Source: Eledone cirrhosa (lineage: Eukaryota). Taken from it: a DNA stretch of 64,000 nt. This document shows positions 39,678-52,995 of this stretch, piece by piece. The notes under the pieces were generated by a model. The model was not told the origin of the DNA. It did not search any database and saw only the letters and a list, made by a program, of their open reading frames with translations. The DNA is taken from contig OZ024747.1 in NCBI GenBank assembly GCA_964016885.1, forward strand, positions 18,910,001-18,974,000, read 5' to 3'. The position numbers and the translations under genes are program-made. Positions within the stretch are counted from its first letter, which is position 1, and every line of letters starts with the position of its first letter.

Positions 39678-39919
39678 CACGGATATAATACAAATAATTG
39701 TTTCTACTTTAGGCACAAGGCCAGCAATTCACTAGTGCATTACTGGTACTTTATTTTATCGACCCCGTAAGGATGAAAGGCAAAGTCAACCTCGGCGGGA
39801 TTTGAACTCAGATCGTAAAGGGACGTAACTATGCTGGAAAGCATGGCGTCCGACCCTCTACCGATACTGCCAATCCACCACTCAGGAAAAATACATACTT
39901 AAGGTGGAACAGGGTGTAT

Positions 39920-40018
39920 ATTCCTTACAGTACTGTTTCGTAGATTATCGATTATCGATTACCAACTATCGTTTCCAGTAAATAGAACGTAAGACAAAAA
40001 ACTGTTCATCAGAGGAAT
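39920..40018 (-). ncRNA. Hammerhead ribozyme motif with extended stem II
   Basis: Minus strand ATTCCT-CTGATGA-(~66 nt)-GAAA-CAGTACTG-TA-AGGAAT. Stem I is a perfect 6 bp and stem III is palindromic. Confidence 0.7.
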
Positions 40019-40327
40019 TGTCTTTAGATGTCCCATACTGTACAAAATACCTTTATATGTGTTGAGAGAAGAGAGTCTAAGTTTCAATTCCCCATGGTCT
40101 CAAAAAAGGTTTAATGACGAGGGTAGATATAAATAGGACTGGATGTTTTATCGGCTAGAAAGGTGCAGCGAGATATCAGTCACAATTCAATCAACTCAAC
40201 AAATTAATAAATTTGGAGCAGCTATACATAATGTTAAGGTATCAAAACATATGTATGATGATTGTGTTTCTCATTAAATAGTCTCAATGGACCCTAGTTC
40301 AGAGAAGATACATTTAGAGAGAGAAAT

Positions 40328-40359
<32 letters not shown>

Positions 40360-40520
40360 ACGGAGGAAATGTGGTAAGGAACCAGGTGGACCATAACGCA
40401 TCAAAGTACTCAATACTTAGGGTAGTAGAGTGGGTAATAGGAACAAGTAAGACCCCGACGGCTGAGTTCAGAATTAGCCGTCGAAACGGCTTGAGCTCAG
40501 CCGTCGGCGTCTTACTTGTT

Positions 40521-40523
<3 letters not shown>
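40360..40523 (-). mobile_element. Family C fold-back element
   Basis: Reverse-orientation homologue of 17798-17975 between (TA)n tracts. Confidence 0.8.
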
Positions 40524-40583
<60 letters not shown>

Positions 40584-40924
40584 TATCGAGGTTCGGAATC
40601 TCGGCCCACGAAATAACGAAACACAATCTTCGAAATGCGTGGCAAAGGGCTCAATAGTTTGGATAAACCAGAGCTATAACTAACGTTTAAATACCAACAC
40701 ATAGAGACAATGCTTAAAATCATTCGCACAGCCGAAAAAACGACCAGGAAAATTCGGGTCATACAAATAATAAATTAAATGAATGATATATATGAGGTTA
40801 TGCTATTATAGTTCACTATTTTCATTGGTAAGATGAGTTAAGGTCGATGAACTTTTGAAACGCCCGTAGCGATGTATAAATAAATGATGATAATACTAAT
40901 CCTTGGTCTTATTGAATATATATG

Positions 40925-41253
40925 AAGGCGCATAACTTAGTGATTAGAGCATTGGGCTTGCAATCGTAAGATTGTGAGTTCGATTCTCGGACCGGGTGAT
41001 GCGTTGTTTCCTTGAGCAAGACACTTTATTTCACGTTGTTCGAGTTTACTTAGCTGTAGAAATAAGTTGCGACGTCACTGGTGCCAGGCTGTATCGGCCA
41101 TTGCCTTTCCCTTGGACATCATCGGTGGCGTAGAGAGGGGAGGCTGGTATGTATGGACGACTGTTGGTCTTCCATAAACCTTGCTCGGACTTGTGCATCG
41201 GAGGGAAAACTTTCTCGGTGTAAATCCCATGGTCATTCGTGACCGAAGGGGGT

Positions 41254-41255
<2 letters not shown>
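40925..41255 (+). mobile_element. Full-length SINE family B variant
   Basis: tRNA-like head with A/B boxes, the core block, and a distinct tail ending cgtgaccgaagggggtct. Confidence 0.85.
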
Positions 41256-41314
<59 letters not shown>

Positions 41315-41317
<3 letters not shown>

Positions 41318-41453
41318 CAAAGAGTCAGGACCCCGACGGCTGAGCTCCGGCCGTTTCGACAGCTAGATCTATTACCCACTCTACTACCCTAAGTATTGAG
41401 TACTCTGGTGCGTTATGGTCCACCTGGTTCCTTACCACACTTTCTTTGTTCAT
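41315..41453 (+). mobile_element. Family C element (inverted arm plus tail, forward arm deleted)
   Basis: Homology to 17798-17975, with (TA)n flanks. Confidence 0.75.
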
Positions 41454-41463
41454 TATATATATA

Positions 41464-41649
41464 GGGCGGTGGATTGGCAGTATCGGTGGAGGATCGGACG
41501 CCATGCTTTGACGCATAGAGTTACGGCCCTTGCCATTCTGAGTTCAAATCCCGCCGAGGTTAACTTTGCCTTTCATCCTTACGGGGTCGATAAAATAAAG
41601 TACCAGTAATGCACTGGGTAATTGCTGGCCTTGTGCCAAAAGTAGAAAC

Positions 41650-41654
<5 letters not shown>
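41464..41654 (+). mobile_element. Full-length SINE family A
   Basis: ggcggtggattggcagtatcgg (A box)...gagttcaaatccc (B box)...gcctttcatcctt..gggtcgataaaataaagtaccag core...gtagaaacaatt tail. Confidence 0.92.
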
Positions 41655-41680
<26 letters not shown>

Positions 41681-41803
41681 GGAGATGAGTTTTATTGTAG
41701 TACAATAAAGCAATGCAGATATCGGATAAGAAGCACTCTACAATTTGTAGGACTGGAGTATAAATAATATATAAGATCAAAAGATGGTTAAAAGAGTTCC
41801 ATG

Positions 41804-41874
41804 TATTTTATTATGCGCATTTCAAAAACAAATATCATCATGCAATAACATTTGTGTTTTCATCAGATAAAATA
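41804..41874 (-). ncRNA. Hammerhead ribozyme motif (left arm of palindrome)
   Basis: Mirror copy of 41993-42063. Confidence 0.85.
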
Positions 41875-41992
41875 GGAAGACATGATATGAAAGTTAAAAA
41901 ACACTTGTGAATAGTGCAGTTTTAAATCAACATATGTTGATTTAAAACTGCACTATTCACAAGTGTTTTTTAACCTTCATATCATGTATTCC

Positions 41993-42063
41993 TATTTTAT
42001 CTGATGAAAACACAAATGTTATTGCATGATGATATTTGTTTTTGAAATGCGCATAATAAAATA
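41993..42063 (+). ncRNA. Type I hammerhead ribozyme motif
   Basis: TATTTTAT-CTGATGA-aaacacaaatgttatt(gcat)gatgatatttgttttt-GAAA-TGCGCA-TA-ATAAAATA. Confidence 0.88.
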
Positions 42064-42091
42064 CATGGAACTCTTTTAACCATCTTTTGAT

Positions 42092-42184
<93 letters not shown>

Positions 42185-42833
42185 TAGCGAGAATCGTATT
42201 TCGGCTTAAGAATTAACGAAAAACAACTTCCGAGATGTGTGGCAAGCGTTCAATGATTCAGATGAACCAGAGCTACAACATAGGTTATATATTCGAAAAG
42301 GGAGTAAGGTTCTATACAAAGCAGTGGTTATAGAGGAAAATTGAAATTGGAAATAGCACGGAAAATATATTTAAGGATCTGTTTTTCTTTTTTCTTCTTT
42401 GAAAAAAGGAGTTTTATCATGTATATAAAATATATAACCTTTTGGTGAGTAATAATATAGGCACCTGTTTAAGATATAGATATATCCAGATTCTGATCAC
42501 CATGGCGTCAGACGAACAAATCAATCCCAGAATCGAAGCTGATTGTAATCGATTAAAGCTACGAACTGATAATTTGCGAACACACGTGTTTCGCGTGATT
42601 ACGAATAAAATATATGTTAAACTGAAGCTTCGACCTTTCATTCTTATATATATTAGAATGGGTTTTTGAAATATCGTAGTACATAAAGCATTCAAACATC
42701 CACTGAATGAACACTCAATACGTGTTAATAGCGTGAGTATTTTATTTTCTAAGTAAAAGTAAAAAAAAAAATGGCAGTGACTGCGAAGTATCAGCTTAAT
42801 AGCCAAATGAAACAACCTTGTCACTGTCACTTT

Positions 42834-42879
<46 letters not shown>

Positions 42880-43014
42880 GTTTTAATATAGATGAGATTC
42901 TACAGGACTAGAACTGTTTCATTCTTTAGAAATCATCAGGAATCAGGAGATTCCTGATGATTTCTAAAGAATGAAACAGTTCTAGTCCTGTAGAATCTCA
43001 TCTATATTAAAACT
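42880..43014. repeat. ~135-bp palindrome carrying a hammerhead core on each strand
   Basis: Plus strand 42947-42999: gagattc-CTGATGA-tttc(taaa)gaat-GAAAC(agttcta)GTC-ctgta-gaatctc, with a mirror at 42894-42944. Related decayed copy at ~48550-48620. Confidence 0.75.
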
Positions 43015-43696
43015 TTTATACTCTGCAATGTATTGAGTACCTTACTTACTGTGGTTACCTCCGATTCAACCCGGAATAACGTATATATATATATATATGC
43101 AGACAGACACACGCGCTTACATACAATAGTGAACATAGACATACGAACGTTCGGGTAATACACAGACGAACAGAAGCCAGATGCAGATATACAGACACAC
43201 ATACACAGATGAAGACAAACGCACTCAGTATCTCACATAAGCATTTCTAAATGGAGACATATTAACATATACACGTGTGTGGGGGGCGTGTGTGTGTGCA
43301 GTTAAAATGTCAACATGAAAAAAGACCGATTCCTATATATGATCAGAGCTAATATTTATTTATTATAATTCGTATACACATTTGTCTGAAGATATTACTA
43401 ACAGCTGCAGCTTCAAGTTCTGCGGGTTTTGTTAGTTCATGAAACTACTGGTTGCCGATGTAATATCGTATTTACGAATTATAATATATATATAGAGAGA
43501 GAGAGTGAGACAAACTACAACAGAAACACAAACCCTCCATCTCAATTTTACTTTTGAAAATCATAAGAACTGTGAAACCGGTAAAGTAGATAAATAAATA
43601 TCCTTAAAAGACTCCAATTGCATTTTCAATTTCTTTTCCTTATACGTTCACCCGTGTGGGACATCTTTTTTTTTTAAAAACTTCGGTCTGATTCAG

Positions 43697-43739
43697 ATCG
43701 AGCTGAGGATCCGCATAAGGCGAAACATTTGTTCTCGGT
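43697..43739 (+). ncRNA. Minimal hammerhead ribozyme motif
   Basis: ATCGAG-CTGAGGA-tccgcataaggc-GAAA-CAttTG-TT-CTCGGT. 6-bp stem I and weak stem II. The cassette ends in (TA)n at ~43833. Confidence 0.65.
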
Positions 43740-43927
43740 ATGGTGAACTAACTGTTGTGGAACTACTACCAAACTCGTTCCTTGGACTGAGTGCTCTACT
43801 ACTACAGATATAACCCTCCAGTCTTCTACTATTATATATATATATATATAATTGGTGTGGGGTGCTTAAAGTGACCGTATGCAGTAGGCCGTTTGAGCAC
43901 TCGATGCTCTTACAGAGCAGAGTATAA

Positions 43928-44208
43928 TATCACATAAGAAACGGAGAATCAGTGGTGCGACGAATTAAAATTTATTAGACATATTACAATTGTTTCTCTG
44001 GCGACCAGCTCGAGACACGATCGATGTAATGATCGAACCTGACTCTGAAATCGCAAGATCCTCAGATGCGTCTCGATTCTTTGAAGCAGAGTTTCCAAAA
44101 CAGGTTCGATCATTGCATCGATCGTGCCTCGAGCTGGTCGCCAGAGAAAGGATTGTAATATGTCTAATACATTTTAATTCGTCGCACCACTGATTCTCCG
44201 TTTCTTAT

Positions 44209-44214
<6 letters not shown>
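43928..44214. repeat. Inverted repeat (~114-bp arms, ~60-bp spacer) in (TA)n
   Basis: Arms 43928-44041 and 44101-44214. Confidence 0.9.
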
Positions 44215-44241
<27 letters not shown>

Positions 44242-44244
<3 letters not shown>

Positions 44245-44445
44245 AACGAGTAGGACCCCGACGGTTGAGCTCAAGCCGTTTCGACGGCTAATTCTGGACT
44301 AACAGACTAGTCCAGAATTAGCCGTCGAGGCGGCTTGAGCTCAGCCGTCGGGGTCCTACTCGTTCCTATTACCCACTCTACTACCCTAAGTATTGAGTAC
44401 TTTGGTGCGTTATGGTCCACCTCGTTCCTTACCACATTTCCTTCG

Positions 44446-44447
<2 letters not shown>
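44242..44447 (+). mobile_element. Family C fold-back element
   Basis: ~60-bp arms, tail and (TA)n flanks. Confidence 0.8.
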
Positions 44448-44487
<40 letters not shown>

Positions 44488-45169
44488 GTGTGATCACGTG
44501 CCATGCCCCATTGGTTGGTCACGGAAGCTGTACTGTGCATATGTACCGAGACAAAAAACCTGATCATGAGATCAAATGATATATGTATATATGTGTGTGT
44601 AGATGTGTCTTTGTTTGCAACAATATAAAACACCTGCGACAGGCGCTGACAAAAATAACAACAAAAGAAACAAACTTTATAAACGATTAACAGCTATCTA
44701 TTTATATACATATGTAGCGAGTATAGATTCTGATGTTGGTGGTTGGAATTGTTCCGTGGTTCATTGTGGCATGGCAAGAATGTTGTAAGTAACAAAGCTT
44801 GGCTTGATGGGTAAATCTATGAGGTTTGATGTGTTCTATATGAAGCGCTGCTTGAAAGACTGTAGTGAATGAACAATTAACCAAAATTCACTACTTTAAC
44901 AAACTGTATTACTCAACTTGTTAGGAGGTTATTGTGATAACATAGGAAAACAAAGATATTTACAGTTGAAGGAAAACAATGATTTTCATAGTTGAATCGC
45001 GTGGTGTATATGAATGTGTGCATAATCTGAAAAGATGATATTTACAGTTGATGCATGGAACTAAAGTCGAACGGGAGTATAGCTGCCTCGGCTCGCTAGC
45101 CGAGGGCCGATGTGAGTGTTTGATTGACGACTACATTGCTCTGTTTGCTGTAACAAACTGATGTGTTAA

Positions 45170-45596
45170 CCCTTTAGCATTTAAATTACTCTATATTTAC
45201 TATTTCATGCGCCTGCACATGAAGGCGCATGGCTTAGTGGTTAGAGCATTGGGCTTGCAATCGAAAGGTTGTGAGTTCAATTCTCGGACCGGGTGATGTG
45301 TTGTGTCCGCGAGCAAAACACTTTATTTCACGTTTCTCCAGTTTACTCAGCTGTAGAAATGAGATGATAGGACTGGGGTCCCTCTCATTAAATCACCCAT
45401 GATTTAATGAGAGGGACCCAACGAGATATACCTTGGAGGAGGCCAGCTAAACCTACATAGATGTGAGCTGTAACAGCAACAACATATTTACTATTATATT
45501 TTCGCAGTTAAGGCTTTACCTCACATAATTATCTCATATGAACAAAAATAGGTGAGAGGATTTTGGCTAGATATGGCTGGTTTAAATGCTAATGGG
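45170..45596. mobile_element. piggyBac-type MITE P1 interrupted by SINE family B
   Basis: TTAA|CCCTTTAGCATTTAAA...TTTAAATGCTAATGGG|TTAA, with the SINE starting at 45222. Confidence 0.75.
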
Positions 45597-46949
45597 TTAA
45601 ATCTACCTCGACATACGAGGGCAGAATGAATTTTATGAAGTCACAGCTATCTCCAAAGTAACTCAGATGAACTCTAGTTGGACATTTCCCCCAGACAAGT
45701 TGGCAACAGTCTTGAACAAAGGAACTGAACATCTATGTTGCAAAAACGTCAGTCCGTCTGGTCACACTGACCTTCAGCGAACTTGGGAACAAAAGTTCAA
45801 ATCAGACCTATTACATCACAGTGTTGTTGACATTCTTGCTATGGCTCGTCGTAGTTGTTCTTGTAATAAACCGCGGTGTTTATGGACACTAGTATTACTA
45901 AAATAGATTTGAATTAAAGTAAAATGAAATAAGAGGATGGCAGGAAGATGGACAAGAAAAAAAAAGGGGGGGGGGGGCGATTACGAAATTCTATGAAAGC
46001 TCGGGCATTCAAGCGCCTTCACATTCAATGTAATCAAGGAATTATATAAATTAAATATTAAATCTTTTTACACCCAGTAATTTTTTACAGGTACTGTGTC
46101 AGTATATAAAAATACTAACAGAGAGAAAGAGAGAGAGAGAAGAGGTGTGTAATATGTATTGTAAACACACATACACACATATTTTGACAATTGCAAATGC
46201 GAGTGACACCCAAGAACATCTGATTAAAGACATATATAGCGACAGATACACAGGCACAATAGCAAATAAATAAGTTTGTATGTCGCGTCTAGCGTGGGAA
46301 AATCGTTGTCATCGATTAAACGACCTTTAAATATATAACTGGTACTAATTTACTGTCAACTCTGGAATGATAAGAAGTAAAGCCGACTGCAGACGTTGGG
46401 TGTATATGTATATCTGTTCATTTTATTTGATATTTAGTGGACCAGTGCCGTCAATAATAATTGTTTCTACTTTTGGCACAAGGCCAGCAATTACCCAATG
46501 CATTACTGGTACTTTATTCTATCGACCCCGGAAGGATGAAAGGCAAAGTTAACCTCGGTGGGATTTGAACTCAGATCATTGATTTCTATTGTAGGCACAA
46601 GGCCGGCAATTTTGGGAGATGGGAAAGTCGATTAAATCGATCCCAGTGCGTGACTGGTACTTTATTTTATCGACTCCGTAAGGATGAAAGGCAAAGCTAA
46701 CCTCGGCGGGATTTGAACTCAGAAGGTAAAGGGCCGTAACTCTATGCCGTGAAGCAGGGTGTCCGACGCTCTAACGATACTACTACCAATCCACCACTCT
46801 ATTGGCGTCAATAATATCACGATTGTGATAGGAAATGCATAGTGTGTATGTGACTGGATGTTTGTGTATAAAAATGTTAAAGAGTTACAGACGGATATAA
46901 AATAAAGTTAAATAAAAAGTCAAATGTTTAAAATTTAGCTTCGTTTATT

Positions 46950-47004
46950 ACTGCTATATATATTTCAGTGACAGCCATCTTTGGCTGTGACCTCTTCAGG
47001 CAGT
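46950..47004 (-). ncRNA. Hammerhead ribozyme motif (left inverted arm)
   Basis: Mirror of 47120-47174 within arms 46898-47008 and 47116-47227. Confidence 0.88.
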
Positions 47005-47119
47005 CCGAATTAGTGTGGTATAGACAAGTACATATGTTGTTGAGGTGTATAATGTTGTCAATACTCTGATATGTCCAGTTCCTGGTTAGGTTGTTATTTC
47101 TCTGAGGAACTGGAATCGG

Positions 47120-47174
47120 ACTGCCTGAAGAGGTCACAGCCAAAGATGGCTGTCACTGAAATATATATAGCAGT
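47120..47174 (+). ncRNA. Type I hammerhead ribozyme motif
   Basis: ACTGC-CTGAAGA-ggtcACAGCC(aaagat)GGCTGTcact-GAAA-TATATA-TA-GCAGT. Confidence 0.9.
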
Positions 47175-47437
47175 AATAAACGAAGCTAAATTTTAAACAT
47201 TTGACTTTTTATTTAACTTTATTTTACAATACTCCGGAGTAACCAAACCAACCTGCGCACTTCGTCGAGTGCTCCAGCCTGCATACTGAGGTGTTGGTAT
47301 ACAACCAACATATACTCAAAATCTATATATATATATATATATATCAGATTGGCGGCAGTAAAAACCAGTAAAAACCAGTACTCGATACTTGGGGTAGTAG
47401 AGTGGGTAATAGGAAAAAATTCAGGACCCCTAATTTG

Positions 47438-47484
<47 letters not shown>

Positions 47485-48422
47485 ATGTGTGCGCGCGCCT
47501 GTGTGTGTACGCACATGTGTGTGAGTGTATACAAACACCCGTGGTGTATTATTATGGTTGGCTGCAATTTGACCATGGCGGGATTTGAATTCCGGGTGTA
47601 AAGAGCCAGAACATATACTACAATGCCATTTTTATCGGATGCTCTACCGATTCTGCCTACCTATCACCTTTAATTAATTAGAAATTGAAACTGCCGTTTA
47701 AACATCGTAGCATGTTCATCATCGACCGATATACAAACACTATGTCAAAGGGCGGAAGTGTCTGCCACAGTGAAGCCGACGGTCAGTCATATGTAACATG
47801 CAGCACGAGGTTATCAAGCTAATGAAATACGACATAACTCTACGTACACCCATCTACAACATCCTTATTCTAGAGATTATGAATGGATAATTTTAACTGA
47901 CTAATTGTCTATGAACAGAAAATAATCAATCAATAAGATGAGTAGGCGGACACAGTAAGTTTCCGGTAAGCTGACTCATAGACTCGTTTCTCGAATAATA
48001 ACCCTTTCACGTTAGATATATATTTCTTTCTTTCTTTCTTTTGATACTTGATTTCTGTCGGCGAAGTAACAAAGTCGTTAGGGCTTCGCGTTATTTATTT
48101 TGGTTCTGCGCTTTCTGAGTTTTAAATCCCACCGGGGTCAACTTTACTTTTCATTCTTTTGAAGTCAATAAAACAAAGTACCAGTCCAGTATTGGGTTCG
48201 ATTTCTCTCTCTCTCTCTCTCTCTCTGGGTGGTTAGAGAATTGGATTCGCAATCGCGAGGTTATGAGTTCTATTCCCGGACTGGGCGATGCGTTATGTCC
48301 TTGGGCAAGACACTTTATTTCACGCTGCTCCTTCTACATGGAGTTACGACCGATATAGAGTATTAGCAATTAGAAAGACCAATGGAAACATTATTTCTCC
48401 GGTCCGATTTGACGAAAGTCGG

Positions 48423-48454
<32 letters not shown>

Positions 48455-48926
48455 ACTAATGGTAGTTTACCGAAGGAGATCAGAAAAAAACACAGTTAAA
48501 TAAGGTACTCAATACATATTAGTGGAGAAGAATCTTGTTTATTTTATATAGAAATGACTTCTACAAGACTAGAACTATTTCCTTCGAATGAAATCATTCC
48601 TGATGATTTCATAAGAATTCATCCCACCAGCAGAAGTTTGGTAAATACTCAAACACATCATACCTGATCCATAACATTACACAACTCAGCTTTGGTTATT
48701 TGTTCTTCGTACATTGCCTTTATAACTTCGACAAATGTTATATTTAATAAATTAGAAGCATAGCGGCTTTGTGTTATTGTGGTTTATATATTGTATTACC
48801 TATGTGATCAACGAACCATCACATCATCATCAACATCATAATGAACACTGTTACTCACTTGCACACCAACAGTCTCTGATCACACTGAATCAGGTACACC
48901 AATGTTCTTTCATCTACACTCTACAC

Positions 48927-49236
48927 CAGTGCTACTCAAAGTGGTGGTCCGCGGCCTGGTGCCGGTACGCGAGCCATCAGCTACCGGTACGCGGTCAGTG
49001 TCCAGGCCATGCTAAGGAATCATTTGAGGAATTTTTTTATTACTTTTTTATATGTTTTGATATTGTATTATATGTTTACAAAATAAATAAAAGATAAAAA
49101 AATGGCTAACTATTATTATATTCATTATATATATCGTTTCCGGTATAAATTAATATTACTACGAAATATTAGCGGTACGTGGCCACATTGAAAAAAAAAT
49201 GCCGGTCCGCCACATCTGATAGTTTGAGAAGCACTG
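48927..49236. mobile_element. hAT (Charlie-like) MITE
   Basis: TIR cagtgctactcaaa/tttgagaagcactg. 8-bp TSD ctctacac/atctacac. Confidence 0.88.
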
Positions 49237-49329
49237 ATCTACACAACAGTGCCCACATCACTGAGTAATCCACAAGTGAGTACACACACAACAGAATCAA
49301 CACCACAATCCATCCTAGCATCAGACCTG

Positions 49330-49807
<478 letters not shown>

Positions 49808-49868
49808 TTAAAGATTCTTGGTTAACTTTCCTGTAGAACTTTCTCGCATTCGTCGGTGGCGATTGTCA

Positions 49869-49919
<51 letters not shown>

Positions 49920-50111
49920 AGGTGAGTTTTATTGTAGTACAATAAAGCAAATGCAGATATCGGATAATAAAATACATGGAAATGCGCATAATAAAATACA
50001 TCGAAATGCGCATAATAAAATACATGGAACTCTTTTAACCATCTTTTGATCTTATATATATATATATATATATATATAGTTAAAAGAATAGAGGTGTAAC
50101 ACACAAGTTAT

Positions 50112-50617
<506 letters not shown>

Positions 50618-51603
50618 CCTCTGGAAGAAAACTTGTGTTCCGATTTATAGAAAGAAGGGCTCTGCCAGGCTTAAAAGACTCGGAATACGACGCATGTCAC
50701 AACGGCGTTCCTATGACCCATCAGCAATTAAGAGCCCATAGCATAAATTGATGTTTTCTGTAAAGGCGCTCGTCCTAGTGGTTAGGATGTTGGCCTCACA
50801 AACATGGGTTCAATCCTTGCAGCGGGCTGCGTGTTATGTCCTTGAACAAGATACTTAATTTCAGGCTGTTTCATTCTACTGAGCTGAAAATTTAGTGACC
50901 AGAGCAGCAGCTGGGGGGTTAACAGGTGTCCTGCCCACGGTGTGTTCAGTGGGGATTCTTTATTTTCAATCATTTATCCTCTCATGCAACCTGGGTAAGC
51001 TCCGGCCTGATGAAGCACAGGGCTCGGGAAAGAGTTGCTATTAATATTTGGTTTCAATCAATGAGCTGCGACCATGCTGGGGCACCACCTTCAAAGGTTT
51101 TAGTTAATAAATCGATCTTCGTACTTATTTCAGTTAAATCACACCTTTAACCTTTTCGGTACCAAGCTACTTGAAAAACACCACTGATTCTACGATTCAA
51201 AGCAGTTTTTCTTAAGGTGTTTATATATACCATGTATATACATAAATGTCTATCATAATTTTGTGTAAGAGCCTTTGTTAAGTTATGCTCCAAACCCCAA
51301 CTTAATGAGAAAGTTATATTATTAAATCCGTTCAAATCTTCAAATATTATTTGAAAATTATAGACAGTGGGTTTCATTAGAAATACGATAACGAAAGGGT
51401 TAAAAAGGAACGAAATATAATATCAGATAACGTAATCGTAGGTACTCTCAAGAAGATGGGATGGGCACGGCTGGAATGCCTTTGATTGTAGGTTTGCTTG
51501 ATTGGAATACGAAGGTTGTGAAAACGAGACCTGTCAACTATGTCAACCAACAAAACAGACATAAAATATATCAAAAAGAAAAACTAATTGGAAGTATATA
51601 TAC

Positions 51604-51693
<90 letters not shown>

Positions 51694-51834
51694 ATAAGTA
51701 ATTATATATATATATCGTGTCTCCGTAAGTCAGAAAATCAACGAACCGCATCAGCAGATATCTAGGTAATAGATAAATATTTTCATATTCAATAACCATG
51801 ATAAACACTACAGAGAGAGGGGGAGGCTGACAAA

Positions 51835-52250
51835 TAAGTGAAGGGGATGAGGAGGAGTAGAAGAGAGAGGTGGAAAAGAAAGGGGAGAAGGGGGAGGGGA
51901 GAGAAGGGGGAGAGAGAAAGGTGGAAAAGAAAGGGGAGAGAGAAAGGTGGGAGAGAAGAGGAGAGAGAAAGGTGGGGAAAGAAGAAGAGAGGGGGTGGAA
52001 GAGAAGGAGCAGGGAGATGAGATGAGGGGGAGAAGAGAGAAGAGGGAGGGGAGAGAAGGGGGAGAGAGAAAGGTGGAAAATAAAGGGGAGAGAGAAAGGT
52101 GGAAGAGAAGGGGAGAGAGAAGGGTGGGGAAAGAAGAAGAGAGAGGGGGTGGAAGAGAAGGAGCAGGGAGAAGAGATGAGGGGGAGAAGGGGGAAAGGTG
52201 GGGGAGGGGAGAAGAGAGAAGGGAATGAGGGGAGAAGGAAATGAGAGAAG
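51835..52250. repeat. Polypurine (GA-rich) tract with internal duplications
   Basis: Visible directly. Confidence 0.85.
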
Positions 52251-52305
52251 ACAGATTGTGACATCTGGGTATGTGTTACTTAAACATCTCTATAAAGCAA
52301 CACTA

Positions 52306-52995
52306 ACACATTTACAGAGACCAAACACACACACACACACATACGCATACACATTTACATATACCAAACACGCACACATACACGCATACACATTTACGTA
52401 AACCAAACACACACACACACATACGCATACACATTTACATATACCAAACACGCACACATACACGCATACACATTTACGTAAACCAAACACACACACACAC
52501 ACATACGCATACACATTTACATATACCAAACACGCACACATACACGCATACACATTTACGTAAACCAAACACACACACACACATACGCATACACATTTAC
52601 ATATACCAAACACGCACACATACACGCATACACATTTAAACCAAACACACACACACACATACGCATACACATTTACATATACCAAACACGCACACATACA
52701 CGCATACACATTTACGTAAACCAAACACACACACGCACATACGCATACACATTTACATATACCAAACACGCACACATACACGCATACACATTTACGTAAA
52801 CCAAACACACACACGCACATACGCATACACATTTACATATACCAAACACGCACACATACACGCATACACATTTACGTAAACCAAACACATACACATGCAT
52901 ACGCATACACATTTACATATACCAAACACGCACACATACACGCATACACATTTACGTAAACCAAACACATACACATGCATACGCATAAACATACA
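52306..52995. repeat. ~80-bp dimeric (2 x ~40 bp) CA-rich minisatellite
   Basis: Alternating acacatttacatataccaaacacgc... and acacatttacgtaaaccaaacacac... units. Confidence 0.9.

Larger units (their letters stand above)
41770..42097. repeat. ~330-bp near-perfect spacerless palindrome
   Basis: Centre catatg at 41931-41936. The arms differ at about two positions. Part of the (TA)n-flanked cassette 41680-42097. Confidence 0.95.
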
